A program made the position numbers and the translations under genes. From Microcoleus sp. (GTDB lineage Bacteria > Cyanobacteriota > Cyanobacteriia > Cyanobacteriales > Microcoleaceae): DNA of 64,000 bases. The notes below the pieces were generated by a model. The model saw only the letters and a list, made by a program, of their open reading frames with translations. It made no database searches and had not been told where the DNA came from. The stretch covers positions 160,001-224,000 of the forward strand of contig JAYFMW010000003.1 of assembly GCA_042408215.1 (NCBI GenBank). The letters run 5' to 3'. This document shows positions 29,051 to 38,745 of the stretch, piece by piece. How positions within the stretch are numbered: the stretch's first letter is position 1; the number at the start of each line of letters is the position of its first letter.

Positions 29051-29851
29051 TTACAGGGTAAATAGGGTTTTAAAGGTCTTCATTTTGGCAGTATCAAGGC
29101 CGGGTTCAAGTTTGGGAATTGGGGTTAGGCTTTTCCACTTGCCTTTATTCGCGTTGAAAATAGCATCGGCTGTTTTTTCGGCATCAATATTTTCAAAGCC
29201 TCCTATTTTATTGGTTGATAAGTAATTTAGGCGATCGAAAATCTCATCTCTTGATGCACGTTTCACGCTGACTTTTTCAGGCGGTGGCGGCGGTGGTGCA
29301 AGTGGAGCCGGCGGCGAGAGATAGAATACTGTTGCTAAAGCATCTAACTTTTTACCCCTAGTAATGCCACATCTTAAGGTAGTAATAGGGTTAAAGTTTG
29401 ACCAGGTTTCTCGATTGGCTGCTGAAATGCGATTGGCTGCTACCATAACATCCAATCCCTTCAATGCACTTCCTGGTTGTGCAACCAAATATCCAAGTGC
29501 AGCGAGAATAGTATCTCTTGATTCTGTGCTAAGGTTAACTTTTGGTATTGCTTCCCTTGCCAGAATTTTAGCTTGCTCAATGTTTTTAGATTCTGGCTCG
29601 ATAATTATGCACCAGACTCGCTTTAATTCAGCTTGTTGAGCGACTGCATAAATAAACGAATTGCTGACTACTTGATATTGATCATCACCTGTTTCTTTAA
29701 CAATCACAGGAATCCAATTGCGTCCGCCAGAGTTCAAAATAGCCTCGGCTGCGGCGGTGATGATAAACTCTGATTCAGAGCAGAGTTCTCCTGGTTCAAT
29801 ACTAGCTAATGGCAGGTACATTAGCTTACCGATGTCATCATACTTACTCAT
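29051..29851 (-). CDS. Hypothetical protein: ParB/Srx-like N-terminal domain + two tandem ComEA/HhH-like repeats
   Basis: GRNWIPVIVK...YQVVSN resembles the ParB N-domain; KVNLSTESRDTI... and KVSVKRASRDEI... repeats are separated by a Pro-rich linker. Confidence 0.55.
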   Translation of the reverse strand: MSKYDDIGKLMYLPLASIEPGELCSESEFIITAAAEAILNSGGRNWIPVIVKETGDDQYQVVSNSFIYAVAQQAELKRVWCIIIEPESKNIEQAKILAREAIPKVNLSTESRDTILAALGYLVAQPGSALKGLDVMVAANRISAANRETWSNFNPITTLRCGITRGKKLDALATVFYLSPPAPLAPPPPPPEKVSVKRASRDEIFDRLNYLSTNKIGGFENIDAEKTADAIFNANKGKWKSLTPIPKLEPGLDTAKMKTFKTLFTL

Positions 29852-31215
29852 TGTAAGAAATACTCCTTCATTAGACCAAAATAGTGTTCAGCAGCGGTTT
29901 TGTTAAGAAAAACAGCGGGAATATGAGAGAAAGCAGCATTGGCAACAGTTGCATAGCTGGGAATACTGAAGATAGTTTTGTTATTCCTCCCGCTTGTAGA
30001 TTTAGGCCAATAATATGGTAGCAGATCAAAGCTGTTTGTTTGACCTTGATTAATTATTTTTTGGATTTCCTCATTGGTTGTCTGAAGTGCAGGATCAGTG
30101 ATCTTCTCTCCATTAAAAAAGATTGGTAAGGCAATGGGTCCACCATCTCCTCTTTCTTGTTTAATTTCGGGAATAAAATTTGTAATTACCCTCGCTGCAT
30201 TGTGTAGTGATGCTAGTCCATTATGCTTTGTAGGGATGAGAACAACATCAGAGGCATAAACACTGCTCTGACTGAAAAATAACCATTGAGTAGGGCAATC
30301 AATCAATATGTAATCATATTGATCAACAAAATTTTTCAGGATATTTCGCAATCTTTTTGGGCCAACTGTTTGAATGATTTGGCTGTTCACACTTTGATCT
30401 GTAAACTCTTCCATTCTTTCGTCTGATGGAATCACCTCAAAAAGATGTAATGGTTTTCCATGTTTGTCGGTGTGAATAAAAGGAACAACTGTTTTGCTAA
30501 CATCTGCTTTTGGATCAGTCAGACAGTCAGATAAAGTAATAGCTGCTACATCTAACCCAAGAGTTTGCGTTAAATCTCTTTGTGAATCAAAATCAACGAC
30601 TAAAACCTTTTTTTGCTGTTTTCGCAAAATTGCTGCTAAATTGAGCGTTGTTGTTGTTTTACCCACTCCTCCTTTATTATTATAGATACAAACTGTCAAA
30701 GCTTTGGGCGGGTTGTCAATCAAATTTTTGATATGTTGGACAATGGCACTAATATTACCTTTGTTAATCAGAGTGCAAGCAGTTGCAGGAATCACAACTT
30801 TCCCATGCCTCCGAAATAACTGGATATGAGTGGCATTGGTAATAATACCCCATTGAGCCGTTTTGCAGTTAGGAGATAGCAGATATTTTTTAATCTGTTC
30901 CCTAGTAGCGTTATATTTGGGAGTACCTTCCGCCAAGTTAATTTTAGCCCCTGTCGCTATTGCCCGTCCCTTGACTTCAACAAGTAAGTAGGGATTAACA
31001 GGAGAGAACAAAAACTTGTTAATGTCAGTATTTTTACGAGCCGCGAAATCTACTTTCTGAGCACCCTGACCTGTTGAAAACTGCGGAAACTGCTCATTGC
31101 TAGTGAATCCAAGTGCTTCTATCAGAACCGGCACAAATTGAGCACTGATAATCGGTTCAATGGCATTGTCTGGAATACTATCTAAAACTTGATCCCAGTC
31201 GATAGTTGTCATCAT
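29848..31215 (-). CDS. Fusion of an HsdR_N-like PD-(D/E)xK nuclease domain with a ParA/MinD ATPase
   Basis: KVDFAA..LLVEVKG..QIKKY..WGIITNA (HsdR_N-like); NKGGVGKTT deviant Walker A, VVDFDSQ, ILIDCP; ATGA overlap with the next gene. Confidence 0.8.
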   Translation of the reverse strand: MMTTIDWDQVLDSIPDNAIEPIISAQFVPVLIEALGFTSNEQFPQFSTGQGAQKVDFAARKNTDINKFLFSPVNPYLLVEVKGRAIATGAKINLAEGTPKYNATREQIKKYLLSPNCKTAQWGIITNATHIQLFRRHGKVVIPATACTLINKGNISAIVQHIKNLIDNPPKALTVCIYNNKGGVGKTTTTLNLAAILRKQQKKVLVVDFDSQRDLTQTLGLDVAAITLSDCLTDPKADVSKTVVPFIHTDKHGKPLHLFEVIPSDERMEEFTDQSVNSQIIQTVGPKRLRNILKNFVDQYDYILIDCPTQWLFFSQSSVYASDVVLIPTKHNGLASLHNAARVITNFIPEIKQERGDGGPIALPIFFNGEKITDPALQTTNEEIQKIINQGQTNSFDLLPYYWPKSTSGRNNKTIFSIPSYATVANAAFSHIPAVFLNKTAAEHYFGLMKEYFLQ

Positions 31216-31339
31216 TTACACCTAGATACTTAACTCCAATCATAAGGCTTAGTTTGAGTTTTTGTCATCTTTAGCTACCTCCCGATATAGCTATATGAAC
31301 AGTCAACATACTTTTGGAAAACTTATATGTTTTCGAGTG

Positions 31340-31359
31340 CGCTTGACATTTTAGCACAT
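31340..31359 (+). repeat. 20-bp direct repeat, right copy
   Basis: CGCTTGACATTTTAGCACAT; partner at 28948-28967. Confidence 0.7.
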
Positions 31360-31414
31360 CAGTGCAAGTTTAGGTAAAAATATACTGAACAGGCGATCGC
31401 GCTTTTCTCAACAA

Positions 31415-31973
31415 ATGATAACACCAAATTGTCAAAATGCACAAGAGCGAGAAATGGCTCGGATTCCAATTACCATCGAAGGTGATGTCAAAACTCTTTC
31501 GCCCGGAGGACATAACATCCTAATAGCAAAGATTGTTAGCGAGTTTGCTGATCCGCTTTACTCCTGCTGGCAAGCTGATTTATGTCGGAGATACAGATGA
31601 AAAATTTGCTCATTTTAATGAAGCATCGCTAACTGCATTAGGAGTTACAATTGATGCTCATGGTAAGATGCCAGATGTAATTGTTCACTTTACAGAAAAA
31701 AACTGGTTGGTATTGATTGAAGCTGTTACTTCCCACGGGCCCATTAATCCCAAACGTAAAACTGAACTTGAGAATCTTTTCAAAGGTTCGACAATACCTC
31801 TGGTGATGGTGACAGCTTTTCTCAGTCGCAAAGCAATGGCGGAATATTTATCTGATATTGCTTGGGAAACTGATGTTTGGGTAGCAGAAGAGGCTACTCA
31901 TCTTGTTCATTTTAACGGTCAACATCTGTTGCAGGCTTATTCGACAAATGAAAGCATTTCTCAGTCTGAATGA
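31415..31973 (+). pseudogene. BsuBI/PstI-family type II restriction endonuclease C-terminal fragment, frameshifted
   Basis: LSPGGHNILI..SEF / RFTP..IYVGDT, HGKMPDV, LIEAVTSHGPI, IAWETDVW, HFNG. N-terminus and cognate methyltransferase are absent; +1 near 31553. Confidence 0.8.
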
Positions 31974-32111
31974 TGCTAAGATATACAATTTATATCGCTG
32001 TAGGTGGCATCAAAATGATATATACTTGTGATGCAAGCGGTTTCGGTTAACCGGAAAATTCCCGATCGCCCTCAGTAAACCAAATAAGTAACTAGCCAAA
32101 TTAGATCTAGA

Positions 32112-33479
32112 ATGGAAAAAAAGCAGAACGCTGGATTGTGGGTATCAGTATTGTATTTCGCTCAAGGTCTCCCTTACACCGTTGTTAATTTAATGTCGGT
32201 GATTTTTTTGAAAGGTTTGGGAACCAGCAACGAACTGATCGGATTGACAAGTCTTTTGTCTTTTCCCTGGGTTTTAAAAGGTTTGTGGGGCCCCGTAGTT
32301 GATTTGTATTCAACTAAACGCAAGTGGATTTTAACAATGGAAATCATTTGTGCTTTTCTGTTTGCTTTGCTAGCTTTTGGTGTGTTAACGCCCCAGCCTA
32401 TCATTATATCGCTTGTCATCTTTACGGCGATCGCCTTTGTGTCCGCTACTCACGACATCGCCATTGACGGATTTTATTTAAACACGCTCAATAAAGACCA
32501 ACAAGCACTATTTGTCGGCGTTCGCAACACCGCTTATAGAGGTGCTGTCATTGCCGGTAGCGGTGTATTGGTTTTCTTCGCCGGTAAACTCGCAGAACAG
32601 CATTTAGTCACCGGAACAGGAAGCGATACCAAAACATATCAAGACATTTCCCTGTCACTTTTTGGTTCCTCCTTTAATGTGTCTGCGCTTAACTATGGAT
32701 GGGCGACAGCTTTTGGCATTTGTGCCATTATGTTTGTGCTGATATATCTCTTTCAGCGGTGGTATCTTCCCTATCCTAAAAATTATGCTCTAGAAGTCGG
32801 CGCACCTAAGCAAACAACCAGCTTTATCGAGGCATTTAAAACCTATTTCCAGCAAGATAAAATTGGTTGGATTGTGAGTTATGTCTTGATTTTTCGGTTG
32901 GGCGATGCCTTGACTTTTAAAATGGCTCCGCCATTTTTAATGGATAAAATTGAGAAAGGAGGATTAGCAGTTTCCACCTCACAAATGGGTCTGTTATCGG
33001 GTACTTTAGGGGTAATGTTTCTGTTAATAGGAGGGTTGCTTGGCGGCTATTTGATTGCCAAACAAGGACTTAAAAAATGGATGTGGCCGACGGCTATTCT
33101 GCAAAATTCTACTAATGTGTTGTATTGGCTGTTAGCAATGAATCAACCGGGGATTGAATGGGCTTATGCCGTAAATTCGATCGAGCAATTTACTTACGGG
33201 CTTGGCGTAGCAGCCTATACAGTGTTCTTGATGCGGACTGTTCGCCCTGAATACGAAGCCTCCCATTATGCGATTACAACAGCCTTCATGGCCGCAGGAG
33301 TGCTGATTCCTGGGGTTTTTAGCGGCTATTTGCAGGCGAATCTCGGCTATCAAAATTATTTCTTGATGAGTGCACTGGCTGTGATTCCAGGTATGATGAC
33401 AATCTTCTTTTTGCCGCTAGAAGATGAATCAAAATTAGCATCTATGCCGAGACCTGGACTGGACGATCCAGATTGGTAA
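32112..33479 (+). CDS. AmpG-like MFS permease
   Basis: LYFAQGLP, PWVLKGLWGPVVD, SATHDIAIDGF; about 12 hydrophobic segments. Confidence 0.82.
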   Translation: MEKKQNAGLWVSVLYFAQGLPYTVVNLMSVIFLKGLGTSNELIGLTSLLSFPWVLKGLWGPVVDLYSTKRKWILTMEIICAFLFALLAFGVLTPQPIIISLVIFTAIAFVSATHDIAIDGFYLNTLNKDQQALFVGVRNTAYRGAVIAGSGVLVFFAGKLAEQHLVTGTGSDTKTYQDISLSLFGSSFNVSALNYGWATAFGICAIMFVLIYLFQRWYLPYPKNYALEVGAPKQTTSFIEAFKTYFQQDKIGWIVSYVLIFRLGDALTFKMAPPFLMDKIEKGGLAVSTSQMGLLSGTLGVMFLLIGGLLGGYLIAKQGLKKWMWPTAILQNSTNVLYWLLAMNQPGIEWAYAVNSIEQFTYGLGVAAYTVFLMRTVRPEYEASHYAITTAFMAAGVLIPGVFSGYLQANLGYQNYFLMSALAVIPGMMTIFFLPLEDESKLASMPRPGLDDPDW

Positions 33480-33576
33480 ATTAGTAAGGTGCGCATTGCG
33501 CACATTATTGCTAACCGCAAATTCAGTAAATTAGTAAGGTGCGCATTGCGCACCCTACATTATTGATCGCCGCCAA

Positions 33577-34935
33577 CTAAATCACAATAAAATCGCTAGC
33601 TGTGAGAGGGTTTGTTTGAGGGCCGATGAAACTGGCAAGCACTTCACCAGTGCTGGCGACTTCTATCAGACTTGAAGTCTCGGTTGGATTAACTCTGACT
33701 TGATTAAAGGTCAAACCTTTGGTCAAACCGATTAAATCTTCACCCTGTTTAAAGTCGATCAGTGTGTCAGTACCAGCCCCTTTTCCTAACACAAATACGT
33801 CGCGTCCTGCGCCACCAATTAAGAGATCCGAACCCACTCCGCCAAGGAGCGTATCGTCTCCGTCTCCCCCGTTCAAATTATCATCTCCTTTGCCGCCGAA
33901 GAGCTGGTCATTGCCGGTGTCACCGGTGATAATATCGCTGGCCCCATTGCCGCTGAGAGTATCGTTTCCCCCATTGCCAATGATAATATCGTCACCGGCC
34001 AAACCGGAGGCTGTATTGTTGGCATTGTCGCCCACTAACTTATTAGGTTGGGAGGGAGATAGAGCAGTTTTCATTGCAATAAGATTTGCGAAAGAGGATT
34101 TTCCCGGAGTGGTTCTCAATTGCTCTACTGTGCTGCGAGATTGCAGTGCGGCTTCCAGTTGTGGCAATGCAAAGTTTAAGCCAGCTAACAGCTCTAAATA
34201 ATCTGAATCTGTAAAAGTAAAGTCGGGGCTGCTCAACTGGTCTACAGATATTTCTGTCTGAATCAAACCGGGAGGTGGGGTTGTTAACAGATCGGATTGG
34301 CCGTGCTTGTCCAAGACTAGCAGCGGGTTGATAATCGGGTCAGTAAATGTTTGTAAAACTACTTTTCCTGGCAGAAAAGCTTCTCCTCCTAAACTGGCAA
34401 AGTCTCCGCTAACAATGTAGTGAGTTACATTCTTGCCTGCGCCGACTTTCTGCTTAAATGTATTGACTGTACTTTGAGCAATTCCGGGGGAATTGAAGGT
34501 GACAATATCTCCGATCGCAGATGTGAATTCGGCGGCGGCTAGTTGTGTTAAAGCACCGCCCAAGCTGTGTCCGAGAACGTCTGGTCGCAAGCGGTTTGGG
34601 TTTTTTGTGGTATCTTGACTGATTTGTGTCAACCAGTTTCCTAATGCTTGTTTGTTGGCTTCAAGTTGGTTGAAACCGATGCCTCGCGGGTCTGTGTTGG
34701 TAACATCGTCTATGGGGGAGTCGCTGCCGCGAAATACTAGAACTGGCGGTTTGTCTGGGGTGGTCGAAATTAAGCCGATCGCGTGAAATCCCGTTGCTGG
34801 ATCGTCGAAGGTGCGATCGATTCGATAGCCGGCAGCGGTTAAACCAGCTTGAACTACAGTTTGAAATTGGGGATCGTTATCTTTGTAAACAAGTTGCTTG
34901 GCTATAGTTTCGTAAGCTGCGGGGGAGGATGGCAT
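33577..34935 (-). CDS. Alpha/beta-hydrolase (lipase-like) with C-terminal RTX calcium-binding repeats
   Basis: VFRGS, GHSLGG, TFNSPG, VSGD; GGxGxD nonapeptide repeats; C-terminal LTASDF. Confidence 0.85.
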   Translation of the reverse strand: MPSSPAAYETIAKQLVYKDNDPQFQTVVQAGLTAAGYRIDRTFDDPATGFHAIGLISTTPDKPPVLVFRGSDSPIDDVTNTDPRGIGFNQLEANKQALGNWLTQISQDTTKNPNRLRPDVLGHSLGGALTQLAAAEFTSAIGDIVTFNSPGIAQSTVNTFKQKVGAGKNVTHYIVSGDFASLGGEAFLPGKVVLQTFTDPIINPLLVLDKHGQSDLLTTPPPGLIQTEISVDQLSSPDFTFTDSDYLELLAGLNFALPQLEAALQSRSTVEQLRTTPGKSSFANLIAMKTALSPSQPNKLVGDNANNTASGLAGDDIIIGNGGNDTLSGNGASDIITGDTGNDQLFGGKGDDNLNGGDGDDTLLGGVGSDLLIGGAGRDVFVLGKGAGTDTLIDFKQGEDLIGLTKGLTFNQVRVNPTETSSLIEVASTGEVLASFIGPQTNPLTASDFIVI

Positions 34936-35114
34936 ATTTTTGTCCTGTTGTTAGAGATGAAATAGAACCTTGAAATTCTGCAATTAATTATACCTTAATA
35001 AGTTTGTATTTCTGGGTAAAAAAATGTAACATTTTAAAAGCCGATTTATTCAAACAACCCGGTTTCTGACTCCGTAAAAGTTTTCCGTTAATTAGGTTAA
35101 CCTATTTATCTGGA

Positions 35115-36482
35115 TTAAAGCTGCACGAAATCCGCTCGCGAAATCTGACTGGCAGATATGCCCGTAAGAGTAGCCAGAATTTCGCCAGTAATGGGAATAC
35201 TAATTAAAGCTCCGTCATTACCTTGAGTAATTTTAATCAGAGCAAAAGTTAGACCCCGTGACAGTCCAATTAAATCTTGAGAGTCTTCAAAATCAACAAT
35301 AACATCTGCTCCGCCACCGGATTCTAATACAAAACGATCGCGTCCACTGCCGCCAATTAAAACATCGTTGCCAAACTCACCGGCAATCAAATCGTCTCCG
35401 TCGCCGCCGTTTAAATAATCGTTATTTCTGCCGCCGTACAAGAAGTCGTCGCCACCACCGCCGCTGATGCTGTCGTTACCTCTATTGCCTCTGAGAGTAT
35501 CGTTACCGCCGTTGCCGATCATAGTATCCTCTCCGGGGCCGCCGGTAGCTGCATTATTGCGATCGTCCCCTGATAAATAATTGGCTTGCAGAGGAGCTAA
35601 ACCAAATTGCATTTGTCTGATTAATTCCACAAAAGAGAATTCTGATGCTGTTCTCAAACTCTCAGCACCTGCTCTTGTCCTGATTGCTACTGACAAATTT
35701 GGCAAGGCAAAATTCATCGCAGCTATAAACTCATTAAAATCTGAGTCGTTGTTATAAGTAAAGTCTGGACTACTCAATTGTTCAACGGAAATTTGCCTCT
35801 GCAAAAAATCCGCTGGCGGAGTAGTTAACAGGTTTTCGGAGCGGTGCTTGGCCAAGGTAGTTAGCGGGTTAATATTCGGGTCTGTAAAGCTTTGTATAAA
35901 TACTTTACCAGGCAAAAATGCTTCGCCAAAAAGGCTGACGAAATCTCCGCTGACTATGTAGTGGGTAACATTTTTGTTGGGGGTTCTGCTGAGATTTCGT
36001 CGGAAAGTATTGACTGTACTGGCTGAGACTCCGGGAGAGTTAAAAGTAAATACATTGCCACTAATTGCTGGAAATTCACTAGCTGCAATTTGAGCTACAG
36101 CCCCACCCCAACTGTGACCGATCGCATCTGGTAATAACTGATTCGGGTTTTTAGAAGCATCTTTACCGATTTCTGTCAGCCAGTTTTTGAGGGGGTCTTT
36201 GTTGCTTTCAAATTCGGGAAAGCCAATGTCGCGGGAGTCGGAAAATATCGCGTCGTCGCCGACAAAATCCGTACCGCGAAATACTATAACTGGCGGGTTT
36301 TCCGGGTTTGTGGAACCGAAGCCTACGGCATAAAAACCAGTTGCTGAGTCGTCGAAGATGCGATCGACATAGTAGCCGTTAGTATCCAGAAAACGCGAAA
36401 CTAGATTTTGCGAATCCGGTCGCTCGTTCAAATAAACAATTGACTTTGCTAAAGCTTCATAAACGGCAGGCGAGGCACTCAT
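35115..36482 (-). CDS. Paralogous lipase-like hydrolase with RTX repeats
   Basis: VFRGT, GHSWGG, TFNSPG, THYIVSGD; GGxGxD repeats; colinear with 33577..34935. Confidence 0.85.
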   Translation of the reverse strand: MSASPAVYEALAKSIVYLNERPDSQNLVSRFLDTNGYYVDRIFDDSATGFYAVGFGSTNPENPPVIVFRGTDFVGDDAIFSDSRDIGFPEFESNKDPLKNWLTEIGKDASKNPNQLLPDAIGHSWGGAVAQIAASEFPAISGNVFTFNSPGVSASTVNTFRRNLSRTPNKNVTHYIVSGDFVSLFGEAFLPGKVFIQSFTDPNINPLTTLAKHRSENLLTTPPADFLQRQISVEQLSSPDFTYNNDSDFNEFIAAMNFALPNLSVAIRTRAGAESLRTASEFSFVELIRQMQFGLAPLQANYLSGDDRNNAATGGPGEDTMIGNGGNDTLRGNRGNDSISGGGGDDFLYGGRNNDYLNGGDGDDLIAGEFGNDVLIGGSGRDRFVLESGGGADVIVDFEDSQDLIGLSRGLTFALIKITQGNDGALISIPITGEILATLTGISASQISRADFVQL

Positions 36483-36619
36483 AATTATTATATTGTGTGT
36501 TTGTTGATATTTTCGATCGCCCAGGATTGAGCTAATTGTCCAATGCCAGCCATGATAGCTGACCAGATTTCTATGGTATACTTAAAGTTATCAGCTCCGA
36601 AATCAAGATTTTTGCGGTT

Positions 36620-36844
36620 ATGACTATCATTCGTCAATACATTGCTCCATTAGTAGCGATCTTAGTATTTTTCGCGGCCCTCGTAGCAGTCAGCGCTCGC
36701 ATCTTTTTGCCATCTGACATGGCGGCCCCGGCACCGATTGAGGAAGCGATCCCGCAAAAGCAAGCTGCTGCGGTGCATCCAATTTTCTTGGGCGTAAATT
36801 ATTCCCCGAACCCTGTCGGTGAGGGCGGATTTTGGTTGAGCTGA
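36620..36844 (+). CDS. Small membrane-anchored hypothetical protein
   Basis: RQYIAPL...ALVAVSARIFLPSDMAAPAPI; single transmembrane helix. Confidence 0.65.
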   Translation: MTIIRQYIAPLVAILVFFAALVAVSARIFLPSDMAAPAPIEEAIPQKQAAAVHPIFLGVNYSPNPVGEGGFWLS

Positions 36845-37365
36845 TACCGGGCTACTGGCTGCGATCGGGTTCTGGGATCGATCGCGCACAACTGGTAAAG
36901 TTCATGCACCGGACTTACGGAGAGCTTTACCCCGATCGGGAATTGGGACATTTGGCTCAAACTGTCGAGCAGTATTTTTCCAAGCAGACGCCGCTTTGGT
37001 GGGTAGAGTTCCAGAAAAACATGGGGGAAGAGGAAGCAAATTTATCGGCACTTCCATCTTCTGATTTGAATCCAAAATCTCAAGTTCAAAATCTCAAATC
37101 GGTTGTCGGGTGTTTGTGGTTGGGAAATGCGATCGACCAAACCACCGGAACACGCCACGCTCACATTTTTCTGCTCTATGTAGCACCGGAACACCGGCGT
37201 CTGGGAATCGGTGCAGCTTTAGTCGTTCATGCTGAAAATTGGGCTAGATCGAGGGGCGATCGGCAAATTGGTTTGCAAGTATTTCTCAGCAATCAACCAG
37301 CCCTGAATCTCTATCAAAAATTAGGCTATCAAAGCCATTCTCTGTGGATGCTAAAATCTTTATGA
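36832..37365 (+). CDS. GNAT family N-acetyltransferase
   Basis: LYVAPEHRRLGIGAAL acetyl-CoA motif; NQPALNLYQKLGY. Confidence 0.88.
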   Translation: MVELIPGYWLRSGSGIDRAQLVKFMHRTYGELYPDRELGHLAQTVEQYFSKQTPLWWVEFQKNMGEEEANLSALPSSDLNPKSQVQNLKSVVGCLWLGNAIDQTTGTRHAHIFLLYVAPEHRRLGIGAALVVHAENWARSRGDRQIGLQVFLSNQPALNLYQKLGYQSHSLWMLKSL

Positions 37366-37527
37366 AAGGGGAATGGGGAATGGGAAATTGGAAATTGGTA
37401 ATTGGTAATTGCTAATAAGTATTAACTCACGAATCACAAACCACCAATAACAAATAACTAATCACAACTGCCAACTGCCAACTGACTGAGTTGCTTAAGA
37501 GTATCCTCTGTGCGGTAAAGTTTTTTT

Positions 37528-38274
37528 ATGAACAATAACGACTCCCCCAACTCCATTGATACCGACACCGATCTGGAAAGCCCTTTGGATCAATTTGATG
37601 AATCCGAACCCCCGCTGCCAGATCCAGAGGAAATGTTGCCTTTGCTGGAATCCCCGGAAGCTCAGCACCGGATGATTGCAGCGCGGGCTTTTTGCGAACT
37701 GCAAGACGATCGAGCAATTGGGCATTTAATTAATTTGTTGAGAGACGGCTGCCCCTTGGTGCGGGTGAGCGTGGCTTATGCGTTGGGGCGAAATCCGAGT
37801 CCTGATGCTGTGGAACCGCTGATTCTTCAGCTAAAGCGGGATTGGAACGGTTACGTTCGGAAAGGGGTTGTTTGGGCCCTGGGAAATTGCCGGGATCATC
37901 GCGCTTTAGTACCTTTAATTGATGCTTTGAGAACTGATATTTCGGCCGTGCGTTTGTGGGCGGCGAGTTCTCTGGGTCAGATGGCAAAAGTTGGTTACTA
38001 TGTGGTAATTGCTGCGATTCCGCCGTTGATTCAAGCGCTGCGGGGAGATGCTGTATCTGCTGTGCGGAGTAACTCTGCTTGGGCGATCGGGCAATTAGCC
38101 CGCGAATTGCCGAATAATGTAGTGTATGCCGGGGCGATCGATGCTTTGATCGAAGCTTTAGAAGAAGATCAAGATATGGGCGTGCGGGAAGATGCTAAAT
38201 CTTCGCTGTTGCGAGTCGGCGATCCGCGCGGTTTGCAGATAATTGAAGACTTAGAAATGGAAGGAATTTTGTGA
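37528..38274 (+). CDS. HEAT-repeat (PBS lyase-like) protein
   Basis: Repeated VR..(A/V)..ALG units. Confidence 0.85.
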   Translation: MNNNDSPNSIDTDTDLESPLDQFDESEPPLPDPEEMLPLLESPEAQHRMIAARAFCELQDDRAIGHLINLLRDGCPLVRVSVAYALGRNPSPDAVEPLILQLKRDWNGYVRKGVVWALGNCRDHRALVPLIDALRTDISAVRLWAASSLGQMAKVGYYVVIAAIPPLIQALRGDAVSAVRSNSAWAIGQLARELPNNVVYAGAIDALIEALEEDQDMGVREDAKSSLLRVGDPRGLQIIEDLEMEGIL

Positions 38275-38315
38275 GATAATTATCGCAATTAAACACCACT
38301 TACTAATTATCAATT

Positions 38316-38678
38316 ATGCCTTTCGATGAAAGGCCGGAGAAATTTGCATCAGTACCCGCAATTCAAATGGCTTTTGCGATCGCTAACAGAGCTAATTTGA
38401 CCCTTGACGAGTTACAAGAATTAGAAAAGCGGGAAATGTTCTTTGAAGACCAGCGCGGTGCTATTACTAAAAGCTTCCAAGAAGGTCGCCAAGAAGGTTT
38501 AATTCAGGGGCAAACAGCATTAATCCTGCGTCAAATCGCGCGGCGCACTGGCGAAATTTCACCATAAATTCAAACTCGCATCCAGCAGTGATCTCCCGAA
38601 CAATTAGATGATTTAGGATAAATATTGCTAGATTTTACAAGTCAAGAAGATTTGATAGCTTGGTTAGAATCGGCGTGA
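38316..38678 (+). pseudogene. Remnant of an Rpn-family / DUF4351 protein
   Basis: AFAIANRANL..ELEKRE..QEGRQEG..LILRQI..; the frame continues through in-frame stops to LLDFTSQEDLIAWL. Confidence 0.75.
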
Positions 38679-38745
38679 GATGTGAATCAACAAAACAGAA
38701 TACCCAGCTCCCCGACTTCTTAAAGAATTCGGGGAGCTAAATGTG

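Noticed and set aside
29051..31215. Ordinary plasmid/chromosome parAB partition locus
   Set aside because: ParA carries a nuclease-like N-terminal domain, the partner lacks the canonical ParB GxRR motif and HTH, and no parS array or rep gene is visible.
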